NCBI GenBank assembly: GCA_963575745.1
Contig: CAUYUJ010000315.1
Coordinates: 62,001-115,464 of the forward strand
Source of the DNA: Prorocentrum cordatum
Taxonomy: Eukaryota
DNA: 53,464 nt
Reading direction: 5' to 3'
The notes beneath the pieces are model-generated. The model saw only the letters and a program-made list of their open reading frames with translations. It did no database searches and had not been told where the DNA came from. Below are positions 47,982 to 53,464 of the stretch, one piece after another (the stretch's first letter is position 1; every line of letters begins with the position of its first letter). The translations under genes and the position numbers were made by a program.

Positions 47982-48461
47982 CTAAGGATTCAATAAAGAG
48001 CGAAACCATCTTGTCAGCCGCAGAATTCGCCACCTCACGGGCCAATCGGATAAGTGGCAGCAATCATCACGTTCTCCGTTGCAAGTGCGTTTGGGCCACT
48101 CATGCCGACTCAAGCGTGCAGAACTGCATTCAATGTTGCACTGCTTCAAGAACTGCTTAACGCCATAACTGACAGCAACACAGCGATGCCGACCATAACG
48201 ACAGATGGCAACAATGCACACAGACTGCGAGGACGTGTTCTTCGCCAAAGATCTTCCCACATACTCAGCGATGCCAACAAAATGTTCGTTCCCAACTGAA
48301 TTGCGTAAGATATTCGGGCGATGACCGATATGGCGCGTGTGAGTTGGGTCGTTCAGAGCCCTGGCGCACACCAACGCGTACCGATCATAGTTCGCCATAT
48401 TATCATCAGCAGCAACGAGCGCATCTATGATGGCATTGCCGTCGCGCCCCGTGGTAGTCAT
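47982..48461 (-). CDS. Extra domain within the Copia pol region resembling the RapZ C-terminal domain
   Basis: ARALNDP..HIGHRPNI..F..IVAICRYGRHRCVAV resembles the RapZ-C pattern RxLxNP..G..IAIGCTGGxHRSVA. Confidence 0.5.
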   Translation of the reverse strand: MTTTGRDGNAIIDALVAADDNMANYDRYALVCARALNDPTHTRHIGHRPNILRNSVGNEHFVGIAEYVGRSLAKNTSSQSVCIVAICRYGRHRCVAVSYGVKQFLKQCNIECSSARLSRHEWPKRTCNGERDDCCHLSDWPVRWRILRLTRWFRSLLNP

Positions 48462-49136
48462 CTGTCATCTAGTGACTGGGGCGGCGACGACGGCGGCTGT
48501 GCTCCCTCTGCATTGTCGACCCCGAGCACCCCGGGTCGTTCTCGAAGTTCTCCAAGCCCAGCGCGATCACAACAAACCTCGAGCCCTGCGGCGTGGGGCG
48601 AGCACCAGCCCCAGCAGCCGCGGCAGCGACCCGTGCGTCCTCGTCGCCACTGGAGTGATCAGCGGGCGCAGGCACATGCGTGATCCCGTCGTCACTGGAG
48701 CGATCGACGACAGCAGGCGGCGCGGCGAGAGCAAGCGGCGCAGCGAGGCCGGCGGGAGCTGCGCAGCACGGCTTGTCACTGCTAAGGTACGGAATGTGCA
48801 ACGGACGAACGGGACTCCGCAACGCGCCCTGGGTCAAACTGATCGAGACGAACGGTGAGAAGACCTGAGCGAGCACAACGACGCATCTCTACCTCACCTT
48901 CCTGACTCAAGAGAGCGCGGCCATTGGCGAGATCCTTCGCGCGGCCGAGGGGGGGCCAGTGCAGGAAGAGACAACAAGAGAGGAGCATGATCCGAATCTT
49001 TCAACTGATGCGACTCGAGACACCCACTCACGGCGCCACGAGAACCAACGATGCGAAACGGAAAACTCGTCATACCTGTCGTCTCACTCCCTGCCTGCCC
49101 TCCTATGCAGCTGCATGCATTGCGCTGTCTGCGAAC

Positions 49137-49376
49137 TCATTTAGGATAGAAACCCAGCTTCTCGAAATTATCCTCTGCGTTGAGAGCCCGGGCTTTACCG
49201 CGGCTGCAGGAATTGCAACCCTCGTCTAGGATAACCCAAACACCGTCGTCCTTGAAGACATCGACCGCGCGAAGCGTAGAAAGAGCCGAAACGTCGGTCG
49301 AAACATTCTGCACTGGAGCCAAGATAAAACCGACGAGACTGTGATCTGCGACCTCTGCGACGCAGTCGCGGATCAA
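49137..49376 (-). pseudogene. pol: Copia aspartic protease
   Basis: WVILDEGCNSC motif. Confidence 0.7.
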
Positions 49377-50519
49377 GGAATTTAGTTCACCTGTGCTAGT
49401 GTCACCCGTATCATCGCAAGTGTCAACATAACGTTTAGTGAAAGCCTTTAGTACAACCTCTAGCTCTATAGAGGTGATGCGGCGATCATCCTCAATCCTA
49501 TTCTTAATTGCTTATGCTTGGATGTTGCTGGAGCGTTCAACTTTCTTACTTAGCTGTTGCTTTCTTGTCTTCCGTTAGCTTCCTGGGCTGCTTGTCGATA
49601 TATGTCGGGCAGCGACAACACTGCGCACGAACAACACCTGGAGTGCTGCCGCGGTTGTCCACGAGATCGCGCGGACACTCACCCGGAGAGCGCAGCGCCG
49701 CGTACCTCTCCCGAGAAAATCTTACAACCTCGAGCACGAGGATGAGGCGGCAGGGGACCTGGGTGTCTCCAGTTCAGGCCAGAAGAAGAACTCGAAGAAG
49801 GCAAAACTTTGCCACTGGAAACTTTCGGCCCCGAGGCCCTCGCAAACTGTCCGTCTTCTTTCCGAATGAAGTTGCTGCTGGCCCATCCTAAGAACAGAAC
49901 CAGATCCTCACGTGGTTTCTTCACCTTGCGATGCCAGCCCACGTGATCTGGAGTATCCCTGAGAGCACGACCATAACTAAGCCCTCTGCGCTGACCCGAA
50001 GCAAACGCAGCATCCTGACCACGAACAGAGATGGGATCCGAAACAGATCGCCCCCTCAACTCCTCAGCAGAAACGCTAGCCATAGAATGAGATTCGGTCG
50101 AGCGAACAGCCATGAACCCAATGGCATCTCCCTCGGCCTCTTCAGAGGTCTGGAGACTCTTCTCCTGGAGCTCTGGAGGTCCCTGAACCGGAGCGGCTTC
50201 GGTCATTCCCATGCAACTCACGCAGACATGACTCTCGACGTGGTTGCGCTGCAATCTACACTGCCCGTCGCAATTCCCCCCCTCGCGCGCGAATGCCCTG
50301 TGACGCATGACGCGAGAAGAGAAAAAACAACAGAAACGAGAAACGCCAGGATCCATCCTCATCCGCTCCTCCTTGCTCCTAATGATACGACGAGGGATTG
50401 ATGGTGATGCAGCAACAGAACTGGCGGATGCGAACTCTCGTTCGACATCGTCCTCGCGCAACTGGACACGGCGCTCGCCACTGTCTCCAGTGTGCGCTAC
50501 CACTGCCGCCCTGGGCTTG

Positions 50520-51762
50520 CCCGTGCATTCAGGGCCCCTGGACCAGCGGCCTGTTTCGTGGCAAGTCTTGGATTCCGAACGTTTTTTTATATGCAAAAAA
50601 TCCTGGAGCCGCTTCTTGCGACCTTCCAGGGGAGGTCCTCCCTTGCCGCCTCCCTTGGGCGACCAGGGCGTTCAGTGGTAGCCCTTGCCTCCGCCCCTTC
50701 CCTTGCCCTTGCCCCTCCCTTTGGTGCCAAGGTTGGCGACCGAGTCCTCTTGGATCGCGTCAGAAGCTTCCTCCTCCGTGTATCCGGCCTGCACCACCTC
50801 GACGTCGAGCTCGCTGCTATCCTGGACAGGGGCCCAGTGAGCATGCGATTCCTCGTCGACGCGGGTGTGTTCGTCGGAGCATTCGTCCCAGGCCGCATCG
50901 TCCCGGCCGTGCTCTGGCGCATAGCCGGACGCGAAGTATCCGTAGGGACTCAGCTCCTCAGGGCAATGCTCCTCCTGCTCGTGCCATCCATCATCAGCAG
51001 TGTAGAAGGCGTGATGTGGCCTGGAGAAGCACACCTTGCCCTTGCCCATGCTCCTGTTCTGGTAGCTGGGTCTGGGCTGCGTCCACGTCGAAGAGCTGGA
51101 GCCATACCAGACTCACCCTTGCATTTTTGGTGGATGTGTATGCGGCCGTGCTGGAGGATCAAGACGTCCTTGATCTTGTCGAAGGCTGTCACATGTCCCG
51201 TGGATGTCAACTCCATCGGACTCTCGGAAGGCGAGAGGCTTGCATGGTCCAAGAAAAGGGAGCCAAGCAGATCGCCGCTCATCAAGATCTCAGGATCTAA
51301 CTTGGAGACAAGTTTCCACCAGCGCTTCCTTCGGGATGTGTACGAGACAATGGACTCACCGCGCTGCCGCAGCAGTGGTCCATATGGCATCCGCCCAACC
51401 TGGAACAGGATCTTCGCTTCCTGCGCCTCGATGGGGAAGAGTGAAGTACGAATCGCCAGCACCAGCTGATCGATCCCGTTCGGAGTCAGAAGCACGTCCT
51501 TACCGATATCCATGGCAGTATCGAATGCGTCACCTCTGAGGCCTTCTACAACCTTGTTGACAGCTGAGGTGATCAAATGTTGCTGCGGTGCACCCATCTC
51601 TTGATCCACTGAGGCCAAGGCGGCACTCATGCGCATCTCTGTGCGGAATTCCCACTCGTGGAAGTTGTTCACCGTGCCGTCGTAGATGTAGGAGCCACTC
51701 TTCGTCTCGGACCGCGTCAGCGCGTCGGCGCTCGGCCGATAGCGAAGAGAAGAAAATGCCAT
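50520..51762 (-). pseudogene. gag: Copia Gag (frameshifted), with KG-rich tract and decayed zinc knuckle
   Basis: IYDG..FHEWEFR; EGLRGDAF; LLRQRGESIVSY.SRRKRWW; KGKGRGGGKG; TCHETGRW...EC. Confidence 0.82.
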
Positions 51763-51879
51763 GGCGCAGGGCTCACCCCCCTAGCGAGGGGAACTGCCAG
51801 TACAGAAAATAAAGGGATCTAGTGCGACACTCTCTGACGAGACGTGCGCGCAGTGGTACGGTACGGGGATCGTGTGGTA

Positions 51880-51891
51880 GCTCCGCTACCA
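51880..51891 (-). promoter_or_regulatory. Primer-binding site TGGTAGCGGAGC (tRNA-iMet-like)
   Basis: 1 nt inside the 5' LTR; complementary to a tRNA 3' end ...GCUACCA. Confidence 0.7.
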
Positions 51892-51892
51892 G

Positions 51893-51993
51893 TGTGATTA
51901 TGATGCGTTTTAGCGCAATGGCAAAAAGGGCCCCTAGAGGTCAAACGGCAACGAATGGTGCATATACACACGTGAAACATGCACTATCTCACA
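51893..51993 (-). repeat. 5' LTR (101 bp, TGTGA...TCACA)
   Basis: Direct repeat of 42763-42858. Confidence 0.85.
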
Positions 51994-52420
51994 AACGGGC
52001 TGAGGCGAGAACCACATTTTGAAAAGGAGCCGCCCGCCATCTTTGAACTTGCTGTAACTTTGAAAACGAATGTGCGCGGCGCTGAGGCGAGAGCCACAAT
52101 TTGAAACAAACGCTCTCCATCCAAGTTGCTGCAAACTTGTAAAGCGAATGTGCGCGGCACTGAGTCGAGAGCCACGTGTTTAAGGACGACCTCACTCCAC
52201 CTTCAAAGCTGATGCAAACCTTCAAGCTTTAAGACGAGTGTGCGCGCCGCTAAAACGAGAACCACATTTTGAAAACGACCCGCTCTCCATCCGTGAAGCC
52301 GTCGCAGTTGTTGACGATCGAGTACGCGTGTCCCTCAGGCAAGAGCCACATGTTGAAAACGACGTGCCCTCCATACGTGGAAGATGTGGATCAGACTGAA
52401 GGGGACGTCTCAGGCAAAAC
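51994..52420. repeat. ~80-bp diverged tandem satellite; related sequence at ~42720-42762 suggests the Copia inserted into it
   Basis: GCTGAGGCGAGA.CCACA..TTGAAA..CTCCATC recurs; CGAATGTG motif on both sides. Confidence 0.7.
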
Positions 52421-53079
52421 GCCCGGCCCACCCTAGCGACACGCGTCCAGGGTAGCGACAGGGAGGAGTCACTTATGAAGAACGTGGATGGAGGAGGTAG
52501 TTTTATGAGGAGGACACAGAGGACAACGAGGACGCGGAGGAGGATGAGGAGAAGGAGAGAGGAGACAAAAGGAGAAGAGAGGAGACAGGAGGATAATAAA
52601 GGAGACAGGAGGAGAAGAGAGGAGACAGGAGGAGGAGGAGGAGGAGGAGGAGGAGGAAAAGGAGGAGGACGAGGAGGAGGAGGAGGAGGAGGAGGAGGAG
52701 AGGTGGCGGAGGAGGAGGAGGAGTCTACGAGGGGGCGGGGCGCCTTTAGTCAGTCTTTCGAAATTGTTGAACGACCTCGGGGTCGGGCCGAGCGAGCATC
52801 GTCTAACCTGCCCATATCCCTACTGGAGTGGCCCCCCTGGCCGATTTCCCCTCCCCCCCCCTTCATGGTGATATAGGATGCAGGCTGTTCCCTTCGGGTT
52901 TCGAGGGGCATATCCCCAACTGGGGCGGGGATCAGGACGGGAATGGGCATCGGTTGAAACATACTGACGTCCGCAGGGCCCCCACCCTTAGGGCCCCACC
53001 CTTGAGCCGCCGGGCTCCGTCTCCCGCCGGGGGAGCCCGGCGCCGCTGCGGGCCGCTGCGGCGGGGACGCCGCCGCCCT

Positions 53080-53370
53080 CCGCCCCCCTCCGACGCCCAG
53101 ACCGCACCCCGAGGTGGGACAAGTCGGCGAGGACATCCGAGAGCGCGGATGGGGATGGGGGCGGGGATCGGACCAACGTCACGGGGCGCCCTCCGACGCC
53201 CAGATCGCACCCCGAGGTGGGACAAGATGGGGATGGGGATGGGGACGGGGATGGGCATGGGGATGGGGATAGGGGATGGAGATAATTAGGGGATGGGGAC
53301 GGGGATGGAGATGGGGATGGGGACGGGGATGGGGGATGGTTGGGGGTGGGAATGGGGGCGGGGATCGGTT
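53080..53370. repeat. (GGGGAT)n tracts with a duplicated ~38-bp unit
   Basis: CCCTCCGACGCCCAGA.CGCACCCCGAGGTGGGACAAG at ~53085 and ~53189. Confidence 0.8.
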
Positions 53371-53464
53371 CAGCGGCACGGGGCGTGGCCCCGAGCGCGG
53401 CTGGGGCCTCGCAGTGCAGCGACCCGCCCGAGCGGCTCCGCGCCAGCGCGGGCGCAGCGGGGGC

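Larger units (their letters stand above)
42763..51993 (-). mobile_element. Ty1/Copia LTR retrotransposon, degenerate (gag-PR-extra domains-IN-RT-RH)
   Basis: Integrase precedes RT; flanking ~100-bp direct repeats with TG..CA ends; PBS present. Confidence 0.9.

Overview
Eukaryotic, GC-rich, repeat-dominated genomic DNA. The GC-AG splice signals, Copia protein style and (GAG)n and CCAAGA-type satellites suggest a dinoflagellate (Prorocentrum-like); this is an inference. Most ORFs in the supplied track are artefacts of simple repeats. Real coding content is: (1) a two-exon coiled-coil gene fragment (~8980-10100, minus); (2) an endogenised dsRNA-virus (toti-/giardiavirus-like) RdRp (~21600-23307, minus) whose upstream sequence runs up to the 3' end of (3) a full-length Penelope-like retroelement with N-terminal GIY-YIG + RT, a 963-bp partial-tandem pLTR and an unusual Gag-like CCHC ORF1 ending in an in-frame TGA-CTA (23308-29654); (4) an APE/RT LINE with a twin-priming-type 5' inversion and a candidate -1 frameshift pseudoknot (~30190-35275); (5) a degenerate Ty1/Copia element with ~100-bp LTRs, a tRNA-iMet-like PBS and a RapZ-C-like extra domain (42763-51993). 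The rest is MITEs, foldbacks, Helitron2-like non-autonomous elements and satellites. All family assignments come from motif recognition by eye; no database searches were run.
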